From: Bdellovibrionota bacterium
GTDB taxonomy: Bacteria > Bdellovibrionota_C > UBA2361 > CALJRW01
Reading direction: 5' to 3'
NCBI GenBank assembly: GCA_041740355.1
Contig: JBGSMD010000016.1
Location: 96,001 to 160,000, forward strand
Length of the DNA stretch: 64,000 nucleotides
The position numbers were made by a program, and so were the translations under genes. Shown one piece after another: positions 41,039 through 52,003 of the stretch (position 1 is the first letter of the stretch; each line of letters begins with the position of its first letter). The notes beneath the pieces are model-generated. The model was not told where the DNA came from and made no database searches. It saw nothing but the letters and a program-made list of their open reading frames with translations.

Positions 41039-42517
41039 CTATCGATAATCAACTTTGTAAGGACATATCTTAAACCCAGGATTTTTTTTTAGTGCAAAAG
41101 TTATACGACGCATTAACTTCGGGTCCTGAAGACTCTCTTCTTTGTATGGTCCAATAATTAAGCGTTTTCTATCAGAACCTAAGTTCTGCTTCAACAACAT
41201 ATCTTCAATAAATCTTTCTCGATCTATTACAGGATCTGGCGTATGCCAGATTAAAAATACTAAGCTTTGCTCAGGGCATGTTTTAATCATGTTGTGCTTA
41301 GCATTCGACATCATCTGGACACGAAACTGGTAGCGTTCTAAAGTCTGGGGAATTGAGGTGTATAAATATACTAGCTGGCAAGTGATTAATATTAGAGCAA
41401 GAACTTTTTGCCATTTTCCAGATATCCCTAGCCAGCTAGTTAGTTGTTGAAGAACCGGCCAACCAAGCGAACAGATAAGCAAAAAAGATCCCCAAAAAGC
41501 AAACCAATAGCGGGAGCCGTATTGTGGCCAACCATCTTTAGAGTGAAAGGTATAGATAAAAACAATTAAAAAAATATGTAAGAATAAAACATAAAGATAT
41601 TTCGTTCGAAACACCTTATACAGTCCCAACATAAACAACAGAAAAGCTGGAAGTCCAATCAATAAAAGGAATTGATCGTAAAATAAGAAATAAAAGAAAC
41701 GATTAAAATTAGAAAAGAACTGTCGAAAGACATCTTGCCATTTTCCCAATATATGAAGCTCCGTATTTATATGTGATCCATATGTAGTTAGAGAAAACTT
41801 TCCCAACTGATAACTATTGTAAGAAATCACTAGGCCTATCCCAATTATTGCTAGAGTCGTAGTTATCAGTATTGGCACCAAACTTTTACGGACTCCATGA
41901 TAATGAACCAATCCAATCAAAATTGGAAATAAAAAGCAGGCAGTTTCAACAGGTCGTGTCAGGAAACCAAGGGCTGCGAATATTCCAATATAAAAAAGAT
42001 TCTTCTTTTGGCTTTGTTTGAGATATTCATAGAATGCCCAAATACCGGCAGTCGATATAAATAAAATTAATGGTTGAGCAAATAGAGATGCTGCGTATCC
42101 AAAGCTATAAGGTACAAAAGCGCCAAGTAATATTATTATTGCGGCATTTTTTTCATTAGTTAAATCCTTTGATAGGCGATATACAAAAAACAAGCTGAGA
42201 CACATTAGTATTGGATTTAAAACGAATGCTAATCCCAGCTTAATCGCACCAGCTAAAAGCAATGAAAATCCAGGGAAATATTTGGAGAATAAAATACCTC
42301 TTTCATAAACAATGTGTGGTTCAATAAATATATAGCTAAAGTTATTTGCTTTTATATAAAAGGACCCTTCTGAAAAAATCTTGGCCTGTATCCAGTAGCC
42401 AAATTCATCAAAACTATTGGGACGCATTTCAAAGATACAGCAGGAGATAAAAATGTAAAAAACTCCAGCGGCAATGATTACCAAGTATGTCATCTTGTCA
42501 AAAGTAGCTGGTTTCAT
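41039..42517 (-). CDS. GT-C (ArnT/PMT-like) membrane glycosyltransferase
   Basis: DEFGYWIQAKIFSEG, KYFPG, FLTRP and YGSRYW motifs; many TMs. Confidence 0.75.
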   Translation of the reverse strand: MKPATFDKMTYLVIIAAGVFYIFISCCIFEMRPNSFDEFGYWIQAKIFSEGSFYIKANNFSYIFIEPHIVYERGILFSKYFPGFSLLLAGAIKLGLAFVLNPILMCLSLFFVYRLSKDLTNEKNAAIIILLGAFVPYSFGYAASLFAQPLILFISTAGIWAFYEYLKQSQKKNLFYIGIFAALGFLTRPVETACFLFPILIGLVHYHGVRKSLVPILITTTLAIIGIGLVISYNSYQLGKFSLTTYGSHINTELHILGKWQDVFRQFFSNFNRFFYFLFYDQFLLLIGLPAFLLFMLGLYKVFRTKYLYVLFLHIFLIVFIYTFHSKDGWPQYGSRYWFAFWGSFLLICSLGWPVLQQLTSWLGISGKWQKVLALILITCQLVYLYTSIPQTLERYQFRVQMMSNAKHNMIKTCPEQSLVFLIWHTPDPVIDRERFIEDMLLKQNLGSDRKRLIIGPYKEESLQDPKLMRRITFALKKNPGFKICPYKVDYR

Positions 42518-42681
42518 GAATTTTAGTAGTCTAAGATAATTTGAGTAATCATTCAGAAAAATTGAATCTGTAAATTGCTAACTCCTATGCAAACTGCATA
42601 AATACAGACTATTTTAAAAAAAATCAGTTTTATATGTCTAACTGTGTTATTAAAAAGCAATTCTAATTTTATAATATAACC

Positions 42682-44142
42682 ATGATTAGTCAATTTGAGT
42701 CTTTAGGCGAGCCTAGTAAAAATCAGCCGTCCAAAGTCAAAGTAGATCCACCCGTAGGTTTTGAACATCTAGCATTTGGCTCTGCCTTTCAAGAATTATT
42801 ATCGCATCGACATGTTGAAGAACAGCGTCCGCTAAGCCTTAGCTTATGCTACACCAATCGGCTAAATCAACATTCAAATATATTAGGTATTGGAGAAAAG
42901 GTTCGTGTGGCAGCAGAGGAAATGCAGGCATCATATGAGTCTTTGGGAGAATTAAATCGTGGGAAGTTATCTTTTAGAAACTTTGCAACCCAAAGTTTTA
43001 ACAATGCAAATTTTCAACTTTCTCAAGATCAAGACTTCTTGGATCGCCAAAGAGTAGCAATGCATTCTGCGACAAGCCCCCAATTAACTGCCAGTCAAAT
43101 TGGAAAAGTTGAAACTCTATGCCTAAACGATCGCGCAATAGTTGCATTATGGGATGAAGTTAACCTTCCTGTACTCAAAAGTTCTAGCTATCAGGTGGCA
43201 ATGCTTGTCACTTCAATCGCAGTTTTAGCGCGTCAACATCAGGATGGAGTTTCTGACAATAATGGCTATTTCGCGGTTATGAAACCTGAGATGTTAATCC
43301 CATCAAGTTCATATCTTGCCGCTCTTGCCCACACGGCACTTCATGAAATTCCCGTAAGTATTGGAACCTACTTTAAGATGAATAGTGAATGGGCCCAGGT
43401 TGGCCGATTAAATGCTGTTTTTAAAAGTTTTGTGATAGCTGTTACTAAAGTGTTGGAAGATAAGATCGAACATCTAACGGGAGTGATCAATCAAATGGAA
43501 TATCCACTATCTGACATCCAACAATATCGTACAGATCTTCTCGGAAATCTACCAATAGGTAATGAATATAATTCTGGCGTTGCGAAAGCACTGCATTTTG
43601 CAAAACTGATCAGCACAGGGGAACTTTCGAGTAATGATTTAATAAATGTTCAGGTAGGAACTTATGTCGGATTTGAGCACCCTGTAAGTTGTGAGGATTT
43701 ACCCGCTGGTATGAATGCAAACTTCACTTTATATCACATGGCTAATGAATTAATTGAAAATTTCTTTAGAACCATTATGGTCGATCATCAAGTTAAAATT
43801 ACTAATGATCAAATGAGTTCTATCCGTCAATTAACAATCGCTCTTGGCGAATTAGAAATTTCTAAAAGAGTTGAACTCGCCGAAGAAATTAAATTTCCCA
43901 AACCTAATGTTGAACAACTAAGAGCTTTGCTAAATTATTTTTCCGACCGAACTCTTGTTTCACATCATACATTGCAAAAGCAAATTTTTCGTGACGAAGT
44001 ACCTGCTTCAGAAATTAAAAGCGTGAATGGACTTCTTACGGAAGCAAATGCTTCCCATTATATTTTTGAACGAATGGTCAAGATTCTCGATCGTCAGAAT
44101 GACGGGCTACGCTCTAAAGATTTAGTTCCATTAGCTGAATAG
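42682..44142 (+). CDS. Hypothetical protein
   Basis: 486-aa ORF; no motif recognised. Confidence 0.65.
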   Translation: MISQFESLGEPSKNQPSKVKVDPPVGFEHLAFGSAFQELLSHRHVEEQRPLSLSLCYTNRLNQHSNILGIGEKVRVAAEEMQASYESLGELNRGKLSFRNFATQSFNNANFQLSQDQDFLDRQRVAMHSATSPQLTASQIGKVETLCLNDRAIVALWDEVNLPVLKSSSYQVAMLVTSIAVLARQHQDGVSDNNGYFAVMKPEMLIPSSSYLAALAHTALHEIPVSIGTYFKMNSEWAQVGRLNAVFKSFVIAVTKVLEDKIEHLTGVINQMEYPLSDIQQYRTDLLGNLPIGNEYNSGVAKALHFAKLISTGELSSNDLINVQVGTYVGFEHPVSCEDLPAGMNANFTLYHMANELIENFFRTIMVDHQVKITNDQMSSIRQLTIALGELEISKRVELAEEIKFPKPNVEQLRALLNYFSDRTLVSHHTLQKQIFRDEVPASEIKSVNGLLTEANASHYIFERMVKILDRQNDGLRSKDLVPLAE

Positions 44143-44173
44143 AATGATCTGTCAGGCAGTGAAGATTGTTGAT

Positions 44174-44214
44174 ACCAAGCTATTTTTTAAATTAATTATA
44201 GGAAATAGCTTGGT
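44174..44214. terminator. Hairpin between convergent genes
   Basis: accaagctattt...aaatagcttggt followed by ttt. Confidence 0.6.
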
Positions 44215-44241
44215 TTTAAAAAATTAATGTTTAAACAGGTC

Positions 44242-44757
44242 TCATCGTGCACAACAAACTGCTGTCGATGCTACTGCTACAGTTGTCGTACTCGCAATAT
44301 TATTTCGACCAAACTCATACTCCACTCCAGAAGAAAATCCCTCCCCACTGAATCCTCTTAATCCGATTGAAATTATATCAATATCTACGGAATTAGAATT
44401 TCCACCATGAGTTAATAAAAATTCAGTTTGATTACAGTCGGCAATTACTGCGGCAGTATCTGCCGTACCAACAATTGCCGAAGTTCCAATCACTGTGCGA
44501 CAACTACCTAAATTTAAAATCCCCGCCACACCTTGTGGACCTTGTGGTCCTACAATGCCTGGCCTTCCTAAATAGGCATCTGTATCTAGTATTGGAAGAT
44601 AACCATTTGGACATCCACCCGAGGCCAGCTTCAAGTTTTGCGCAACCTTAATTGAACCTGTAGCAGATACTTTTGTTGATTTTTTGGCACATAAAAAATC
44701 GGCACTGACTGAGCTTGTAAAAAATAGACATAAAAATAGCATGTTTAACTTGGACAT
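44242..44757 (-). CDS. Exported protein with short collagen-like G-X-Y stretch
   Basis: Signal peptide; GRPGIVGPQGPQGVAG; Cys-containing C-terminal domain ending AVCC. Confidence 0.7.
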   Translation of the reverse strand: MSKLNMLFLCLFFTSSVSADFLCAKKSTKVSATGSIKVAQNLKLASGGCPNGYLPILDTDAYLGRPGIVGPQGPQGVAGILNLGSCRTVIGTSAIVGTADTAAVIADCNQTEFLLTHGGNSNSVDIDIISIGLRGFSGEGFSSGVEYEFGRNNIASTTTVAVASTAVCCAR

Positions 44758-44930
44758 AACTTATTCCTTAATATTAAAGTAGAACAAGCTAAGCTTAGAG
44801 TTCAAACTATTCAAGATTGTATATCAAGACATGGGGTCGGCTTTTTAGCAAAGCACTCAATATAAGCTGGCGCATTCCCCCCTAGCTGACACCTCAATAA
44901 ACTCCTGTGTATTGGAACAATTACTAAATG

Positions 44931-45845
44931 TCACCTAAAAAGTTTTAATTCCTTAACTAAAGCCTGTAGTACCTCTGGCTCACTACTGGAATGTCCGGCA
45001 GTTACTCTCGTTAACTTAGCATGTTTTAGTTTTTGCTTTAATTGATATGCACCGATTGGTGGGCAAACCAAATCATAATTTCCTTGGACGATCGAGATTG
45101 GTATAGCTTTTAATTTGGAGCAATTATTTAAGATATAATCATCTGGGATGAAACAATTATTTTTAATGTAATGACACTCTAGTGCTGCCAGTGAATGAAA
45201 AGTAGCTTCTTTACGAATTGATTTAATAAGATCAGGTATGGGCTTCAAACTTATTATGGACATTTCATAAAGCGTCCACTCAAAAGCATATTTCTTTTGA
45301 ACCTTAATATCTTTAGAAAGAAATTTCTGATAATAGAAATCAACTAAGTTTTTTCTAGCACTAGCTGGAACAAAATTAACAAACCTCTCCCACGCTTCGG
45401 GGGCAAAGGAACTGACACCACCTTCTAAATAATGCTTTTTACTTGCCTTGTTCCCTAAAAAAATTCCGCGAAGAATCAGTCCGATAACTCGCTTTGGATT
45501 TTGGATAGCAAACACAAGTGCTAGTGTTGATCCCCAAGAACCACCGAAGATTAAAACTTTAGTTAATCCAAGATAATCTAAAAGCAGATTAAGATCAGAA
45601 ACTAAATCAGCCGTAGTATTACTCTCTAAACTAGCAAATGGCTTACTCCTTCCTGCACCCCTTTGATCAAAAAATAAAACATTAAATTTTTTAAAATCAA
45701 AAAATTTCTTATGTCCTTCATTAAATCCCGCACCTGGTCCACCATGAAGAAAGACTGTCGGAATACCCTTTTGGTTACCACAACATTCGTAATACAACCT
45801 GTGTCCATTCCCAACTTTTAAATATCCTTTCTTATATGGTTTCAT
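44931..45845 (-). CDS. pip: Proline iminopeptidase
   Basis: LHGGPG, FDQRGAGRS, GGSWGSTL, LILRGIF, DLVCP and AGH motifs. Confidence 0.94.
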   Translation of the reverse strand: MKPYKKGYLKVGNGHRLYYECCGNQKGIPTVFLHGGPGAGFNEGHKKFFDFKKFNVLFFDQRGAGRSKPFASLESNTTADLVSDLNLLLDYLGLTKVLIFGGSWGSTLALVFAIQNPKRVIGLILRGIFLGNKASKKHYLEGGVSSFAPEAWERFVNFVPASARKNLVDFYYQKFLSKDIKVQKKYAFEWTLYEMSIISLKPIPDLIKSIRKEATFHSLAALECHYIKNNCFIPDDYILNNCSKLKAIPISIVQGNYDLVCPPIGAYQLKQKLKHAKLTRVTAGHSSSEPEVLQALVKELKLFR

Positions 45846-46225
45846 AGTCTGCCCGATAGTACTTTAAACAGAGTTAGACTAAACTAATTCTTTTAGATTG
45901 GCATTAAAATTATTATTAGATTTGACTTATAGTACTTTACACTAAAATTTCTGAACAACTGGTGTTTTATATATTGAACTTAAACCAATTATAAATTGAC
46001 CGAACCGCTTTGTATAAAGCATTCCTTGTAATTCGGACCTGTCCGCCGACATCTGCACCATATCTTCAGCTAAGGCCGAAGTTTTACAGATATCAGGTTT
46101 TAATATATTTGCTTTCCCTAGCAATGTACCATTTTTTTATGGGTAATTATTCAAGTGACACCCCTAGCTTCCTTTTAGATTATAATCTTTGAGGAGTAAG
46201 TTTGAATCATTAATTAATGAGGGGC

Positions 46226-47425
46226 TTATTGATAGCAGCTCTCATTTAACAACTGATTACGCTCTTGGATATTATAAAAATCTCTAGAGTATAATTGCTT
46301 AAGGAAGCTTAGACCCCTCACTGGATCAAATTGTACTTTTTCAAATAAATCATTAAAATCTTTAATCCCCAAATCGGCTAATCCAGTAAAAACATGTCGG
46401 CCTGATAAGGCATAAACAGTTTTGTAATCAAAAGAAGCCGCGCGTTTCTGATTAGACAATCGATTGTACATCTCCATTTCTGCTAAATAGTTATAAAAGC
46501 TAGTCACTGCTTCCATGTCTAATTCATTTTTTAGAGACTTTTCCATTACATCGATCACGGCTCCAAGTTTGGCGGCATATTCAATGATCGAAGCATGCAA
46601 GATAACAGTTAAAACCCCATACTCATGCCGATCATCACAAACAATAGATTTTTGTATACTAGAATCTGGTTTAAACATTTTAGCTAATATCTTACTATCT
46701 GGTAGTTGCTCAACGTCAGCAGTTAATAGATTCGCAAACAACTTATCTTGAGCGTGATGGATTTCCTCACCCCAAACAACAGGCAGGCAAATCTTCTCGG
46801 CATATGCCGAAGCGGTCATTACTTCTTGCCTAATCAAACGATCCAGTATTGCTGCGAAAAAATATTCTTCTCTGATTAGCCTTGGTAATGAATGATAATA
46901 ATCAATGCTGTCTTTAATTACAGCGGTTTCATTTACAAGGGCATATTGTCCAATAGCAAAAGCAAACTCATTGGGAATATTTCCACTGTGATGTTTTCCT
47001 TTTGCAATCTTGAAACCATCTTCTCCGTATACTTTTATAAATTGGATGGAAGAAGGATCTATTTTTAGAATCTGATACTTAACGTCTAGTACCTCAGGGA
47101 AAATAATAATTTTAAGACTTACGCCAACACCAATTGGAGCTAAGAAATCAGCAGCAAGTTCACGTAAAGACTTGCTAATCTCAAGATTATTAGCAAGATT
47201 TAGCTTATCTTTAAGCTGTTCAAAGGCATTAAGTTGTTCTTGATTTAACAACTTACTTGTTCGCGTGAAAAAACGCTCCAAATTGGGAGTATTTGTTTTC
47301 GCTGAATTAATTAGTAGATCTTCCAGTAGCACAATAATTCTGTTAGAGATTGCAGGCGCAATTGTGGAAAAGATTTCCGTATTAGATCGCTGAGGGACAG
47401 GTTGAATATTAATCTGTGGTTCCAT
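46226..47425 (-). CDS. Hypothetical protein
   Basis: 399-aa ORF; EEIHHAQD resembles an (H/E)ExxH zincin-like motif. Confidence 0.6.
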   Translation of the reverse strand: MEPQINIQPVPQRSNTEIFSTIAPAISNRIIVLLEDLLINSAKTNTPNLERFFTRTSKLLNQEQLNAFEQLKDKLNLANNLEISKSLRELAADFLAPIGVGVSLKIIIFPEVLDVKYQILKIDPSSIQFIKVYGEDGFKIAKGKHHSGNIPNEFAFAIGQYALVNETAVIKDSIDYYHSLPRLIREEYFFAAILDRLIRQEVMTASAYAEKICLPVVWGEEIHHAQDKLFANLLTADVEQLPDSKILAKMFKPDSSIQKSIVCDDRHEYGVLTVILHASIIEYAAKLGAVIDVMEKSLKNELDMEAVTSFYNYLAEMEMYNRLSNQKRAASFDYKTVYALSGRHVFTGLADLGIKDFNDLFEKVQFDPVRGLSFLKQLYSRDFYNIQERNQLLNESCYQ

Positions 47426-47818
47426 CTAGCGTGTTATGCTAAATCTGCTGTAAATGTGATAGGTATTTATTGCCGATTAAGTGAAGTCTACCTAATAATT
47501 TTCAAAGTTTGCCTATAACCCCAATCCAAACTAGATCCGACTATATTTTTAACGACTTGATCTTATTATTCTTTTTGAGATAGGCAGATGTATTTTCAGG
47601 TATTTAATCAGAGTGCAATTAACCAGCTGTGACTACATTATTTTCTTTTTAGCTAACCTGACCTTAAAAGGAAACTTTGCCCCTTAAATATGCTTATGCT
47701 ATTTTGATGACGCTTTAAAATAAGAAAGGATTTTAGAACTATCAAGTCTTTAATCAATTCAACTGATGAAAAATCAGATCAACTTTAAAATTTTATAAAA
47801 TACTTGGAGTATTTATTT

Positions 47819-48262
47819 ATGAAAATCTTACTTACAGTCTTATCAATTATGATAGCAATGCCCGCTTTTGCCGCTACCTGTAGTGTCGACATTGAAGGCA
47901 ATGATATGATGCAGTTTAATATTAAAGAAATTACTATCAGCAAAAGCTGCGCTGATTTTACAGTCAACCTAAAACATACTGGTAAGCTTGCTCAAAATAT
48001 TATGGGTCATAATTGGGTTTTAACAAAAACACCTGACTTAATGGCTGTTTCTACTGATGCTACTGCTGCTGGACTTCCTAATAATTATGTTAAGCCAGGG
48101 GATACAAGAGTAATTGCTTCTACTAAAGTTATTGGTGGTGGCGAAACTGATTCAGTAACTTTTTCAACATCAGCCCTGACTGTAGGAGGAGACTACACAT
48201 ATTTCTGCTCATTTCCGGCCCATGTTGCACTAATGAAAGGTATCGTTAAAGTTACAGAATAA
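47819..48262 (+). CDS. azu: Azurin
   Basis: Signal peptide; [21 protein letters not shown] and [10 protein letters not shown] copper ligands. Confidence 0.93.
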   Translation: MKILLTVLSIMIAMPAFAATCSVDIEGNDMMQFNIKEITISKSCADFTVNLKHTGKLAQNIMGHNWVLTKTPDLMAVSTDATAAGLPNNYVKPGDTRVIASTKVIGGGETDSVTFSTSALTVGGDYTYFCSFPAHVALMKGIVKVTE

Positions 48263-48272
48263 TTTTGAACTT

Positions 48273-48305
48273 CCAGATTAGAAGGTAATAAATCTTCTAA
48301 TCTGG
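48273..48305 (+). terminator. Hairpin after azurin
   Basis: ccagattagaag-N9-cttctaatctgg. Confidence 0.6.
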
Positions 48306-48604
48306 TTACACAATCTTAGGGTATGGCAATTTCTAAATGTTATATTATAGAGCATAGGGGAAATTAGTGGAAGCATTGCTTTAACAACGTGTGCCCTCTC
48401 CGAGATATCCACCCATTAAAAACTTACCAAAATTGAGCAATAATTTTAGTGTGCTTCCTTAAAACTCATTAAAACAACCCAGAGATTAGAATATATCGGT
48501 AATTTTAATATCGTCTATGTTCTGAATGCTATTTTCTTAGGTAACATCTTACTTACATCCTTCATAACATTTAGAGATATGACATTCTTTTAAGGCATCC
48601 TCTC

Positions 48605-49075
48605 ATGATTCAGCAAACTAGCTCCACAGTCGAAAAACTTGATTTACGAGAAATTCAACTTCCAGATGCAACACTATTAGAAAAGGCACCGCCTTCATTT
48701 AACAGAGCAGTCTACGCCCTAGCGGCCATTTCTGATTTTCTTCGTGGTGGAACAACAAAGCGATTTGCTAGTGAGAATGGCGTCGTAGATGATCCTGCTC
48801 CCGGTCAATCGATCATTCCAGGCATGGTTTTGATTTCTGAAAAACATGGTGAACATAATTCTCATAATGCTATTTCGATCTTAAAGAATGAGGCAGGCAA
48901 AGCACAACTTTTTTATGTAGAAACAAGACTAATTGCGACACAAGACTTTGGAGTTATGGTTGGAGAATATTCTCAAAGAATCAAGCCACTCGAATCAAAA
49001 CATTTAAAGAACTTTGATCAAAAAGTAACTACTGAGGAATTAAAAGCTCTAATTAAGAGAGCCTATAGTAACTAA
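48605..49075 (+). CDS. Hypothetical protein
   Basis: 156-aa ORF; no motif recognised. Confidence 0.55.
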   Translation: MIQQTSSTVEKLDLREIQLPDATLLEKAPPSFNRAVYALAAISDFLRGGTTKRFASENGVVDDPAPGQSIIPGMVLISEKHGEHNSHNAISILKNEAGKAQLFYVETRLIATQDFGVMVGEYSQRIKPLESKHLKNFDQKVTTEELKALIKRAYSN

Positions 49076-49351
49076 TTACCTGCCAAAAATATTAATCTGT
49101 AAAGCAACAATTCCTCTTACTACTAAACTAATAATTACTATCCTAGACAAAGCTGAAGATTACAGTTTTTAAAGTTAGTCGCCTAATAACATAACACGAA
49201 GGGTTAGAAATGGTCTTATTGAAATTAATAAATCATTTTTACCGATAACGAAACAAAAAGTTATTTTGACATGAGCTAGATCATACCATTAAAAGATCAA
49301 CTTGTTTACTTTGAATAAATCAAAAGTTTACTTTTATAAAAGGTGGTCAGA

Positions 49352-49675
49352 ATGAAAAAGATTTTAACAATTATCAGTGTATTTATGTTTATCTCTTGTG
49401 GTAGCAGCGGTGATAAGAATTCAGCTTGCAATAATTATTGTGAAGATGCCTGTAATAAATTTGCTAGCTGTGCTGAAGCTGATGGAATTACACTTAATGA
49501 TAATGAAGTTAAGCAATGTGACAACCGTTGTTTAGAAACTTTAGATAAGACAAATAATGAAAATGGACTTTCTGATGATCAAGATGACAACCAATGTTCA
49601 GTTTTAAGTGATAATCTAGAAAATACTAGCTGTTCACAATTAGCAGATTTCCTAACTACTGGCGGTGCTAGTTAA
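49352..49675 (+). CDS. Cys-rich acidic lipoprotein
   Basis: Lipobox FISC; CxxxCxxxCxxxxxC...CxxxC pattern. Confidence 0.7.
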   Translation: MKKILTIISVFMFISCGSSGDKNSACNNYCEDACNKFASCAEADGITLNDNEVKQCDNRCLETLDKTNNENGLSDDQDDNQCSVLSDNLENTSCSQLADFLTTGGAS

Positions 49676-49985
49676 TTAGTATATTATTAATGGTATGTTC
49701 AGATACTAGGGTATATAAAAAAATTATTTCATATTACCCCAGATATACGACTGCAGGAACTTGATTTAGTCCAAGCGGGTCGCATAGCTATTTAATCTGA
49801 TACTATATGGTTAAATATAGGCCAATTACAAAACAGGAAAGAAAACAAAAAATTTCATAAGTCAAAGTGACCGATTAGGGTCAAGCGCTTGTGCTACTAG
49901 CAAAGAATTATTTCTAATGTCCCGTACCATTTCCTCTGTCGGAAGATCATTTAACGACACTTCTAGATAATTGCCAGATACCTGA

Positions 49986-50102
49986 TTTAAGTCACAGATT
50001 TGTCGGCTTATGCTGGTTGGGAAACATACAAACTCGAAGCTGCTCCAGTTATGCTTTCTTTTTTGGTAAACTTAAGAAATATTTCGAATGTCATATTTCC
50101 AT
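49986..50102 (-). pseudogene. LysR-family HTH relic divergent from pirin
   Basis: MEI*HSKYFL / KKESITGAASSLYVSQPA / ISRQICDL across one stop and two frameshifts. Confidence 0.7.
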
Positions 50103-50224
50103 TTAAACAAATACATAACAAAAGGATAGCTGGGGAAAGAATTAAGTATTTTCTAAGTTTCTTAGAAAAGGATATCATGTAAATATTAAGTTATTATCAA
50201 ATATTAAACAGAATCAACTAGATC

Positions 50225-51085
50225 ATGAAAAAATTAAATCGTATCCTCCAAAGCTCAGAAAAACATTGGGTTGGCAATGGCTTCCCCGTTCAGTCTGTTT
50301 TTTCTTATGATTCTATGGGCAAAGAGCTAGATCCATTCCTGTTATTGGATTATGCCTCTCCTTATCACTTTTCTCCTGGAAATGAGAAACGTGGAGTCGG
50401 TGCCCATCCGCACCGTGGATTTGAAACAGTAACAGTTTGTTATCAAGGAGAGATTGAACACCGAGATTCAAGTGGGGGTGGTGGAAAAATTGGCCCCGGT
50501 GATGTTCAATGGATGACAGCAGCTAGTGGTTTGCTACATGACGAATTTCACTCCAAAGAATTTACAAATCTTGGTGGCATCTTTGAGATGGCACAACTTT
50601 GGGTAAATCTTCCTGCAAAATTTAAAAATGCCAAACCGAATTATCAGACTATCACCGCAGAAAAAATTCCTAATGTTGATCTCGGTGAAGACGTTGGATT
50701 GCTTCGGGTGATTGCCGGGGATTATCAAGGAATTAAGGGTCCGGCTAAAACTTTTACTCCAATTGAATTATGGGATTTAACACTTATGGCAAATAAACAA
50801 ATTACTCTGCCAATTGCAGATGGCTACACAACAGCCTTACTTGTTCTCCGTGGAGAAATTACATTGGAAGAAAATGATTTAGCCGGGGAAGGAGCTTTGG
50901 TCCTTTTTGAAAGGGCTGGAAATAGCATCTCTTTTACCACTAATTCAGAGATCAAATTATTATTAATGAGTGGTGAGCCAATCAAGGAAGCAATCGTTGG
51001 TAGTGGTCCATTTGTGATGAATACTAAAACTGAGATTCTACAAGCTTATCAAGACGTTAGAGAAGGGAAAATGGGAACATTATAA
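50225..51085 (+). CDS. Pirin family protein
   Basis: DPFLLLD, HPHRGFETVT, HRDS, VQWMTAASG..HDE, QLWVNLP and GPFVMN motifs. Confidence 0.94.
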   Translation: MKKLNRILQSSEKHWVGNGFPVQSVFSYDSMGKELDPFLLLDYASPYHFSPGNEKRGVGAHPHRGFETVTVCYQGEIEHRDSSGGGGKIGPGDVQWMTAASGLLHDEFHSKEFTNLGGIFEMAQLWVNLPAKFKNAKPNYQTITAEKIPNVDLGEDVGLLRVIAGDYQGIKGPAKTFTPIELWDLTLMANKQITLPIADGYTTALLVLRGEITLEENDLAGEGALVLFERAGNSISFTTNSEIKLLLMSGEPIKEAIVGSGPFVMNTKTEILQAYQDVREGKMGTL

Positions 51086-51419
51086 ATTATGTTCTGGCGC
51101 ACTTACTGAAAATTAGGGAGATTCTAAAGATGGACTTCCGTGAAGGAAATTCTTTTTGAAGACTTAGGCCTTAGAATTTAAATCCTAAGATTGATTTCTT
51201 CCAAATGAATATTTATCGGCATTTCTTTACTGATTATCTTCCTTTATTAACACTAAGTGAGCGCTCAGTTGAAAATCAGCTAAGTATCAATGACTATAAC
51301 AAATAGTTAATCCAGTCACCTAGATAAATTAGACAATCTCAACTTATCTTAATATACTTCTTTAAATTGAAAATTTATTTTTTTCAAATATTCTTATCTT
51401 TATTGAATTTTAAATTTTA

Positions 51420-51911
51420 ATGCACAGAAAAGGTTTTACTTTAGTTGAATTACTAGTCGTAGTTGCTGTTATTTCAATTCTGGCATCTATTTCTATTGCT
51501 AATTTTTCTGAATACAGAGAAAAAGCATTAAATACTGTAGCTATATCCCAAGCACACGATGCCATGTCGGCACTAGAAGCCACGGAAGAATCATTACAAA
51601 GTTTTTATCGTATTTTATTTATTGTAACTAAATCTGGTAGGGAAATTAGTGCCGCTAATAGCCAACCTATACAAAGTGCAGCATTACAAAGAATGGCTTT
51701 AACCAGATTTTTCCCAGCATTTAAAAAAGATCCTGATATAGTAATAGCTTTTGGTAGCACGCCTCTAGGTATTAAAATGACCCTCGCCCTAAACTGCAAA
51801 GCTAGGCGTGACAAAGTTGCCATGTCTTACCAAGGCCTGACAAAACTTGTGACCATCGCCGAAGCTACTAGTCTATATGGAGTAAATATTACTCCATACT
51901 GTGCAAATTAA
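51420..51911 (+). CDS. Type IV pilin-like protein
   Basis: KGFTLVELLVVVAVISILASI prepilin motif. Confidence 0.85.
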   Translation: MHRKGFTLVELLVVVAVISILASISIANFSEYREKALNTVAISQAHDAMSALEATEESLQSFYRILFIVTKSGREISAANSQPIQSAALQRMALTRFFPAFKKDPDIVIAFGSTPLGIKMTLALNCKARRDKVAMSYQGLTKLVTIAEATSLYGVNITPYCAN

Positions 51912-52003
51912 GTTTATACGTAATGATCATACAAGCAATAAACAATACTTAGTTTGTAGAATTGGGAATTAAATTTTAAAAATTATTATCTCTCGCTTAA
52001 AGT

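Noticed and set aside
45942-46192. Two overlapping 60-aa ORFs between pip and a hypothetical gene
   Set aside because: No motif or clear RBS; may be a gene relic but I cannot assign it.
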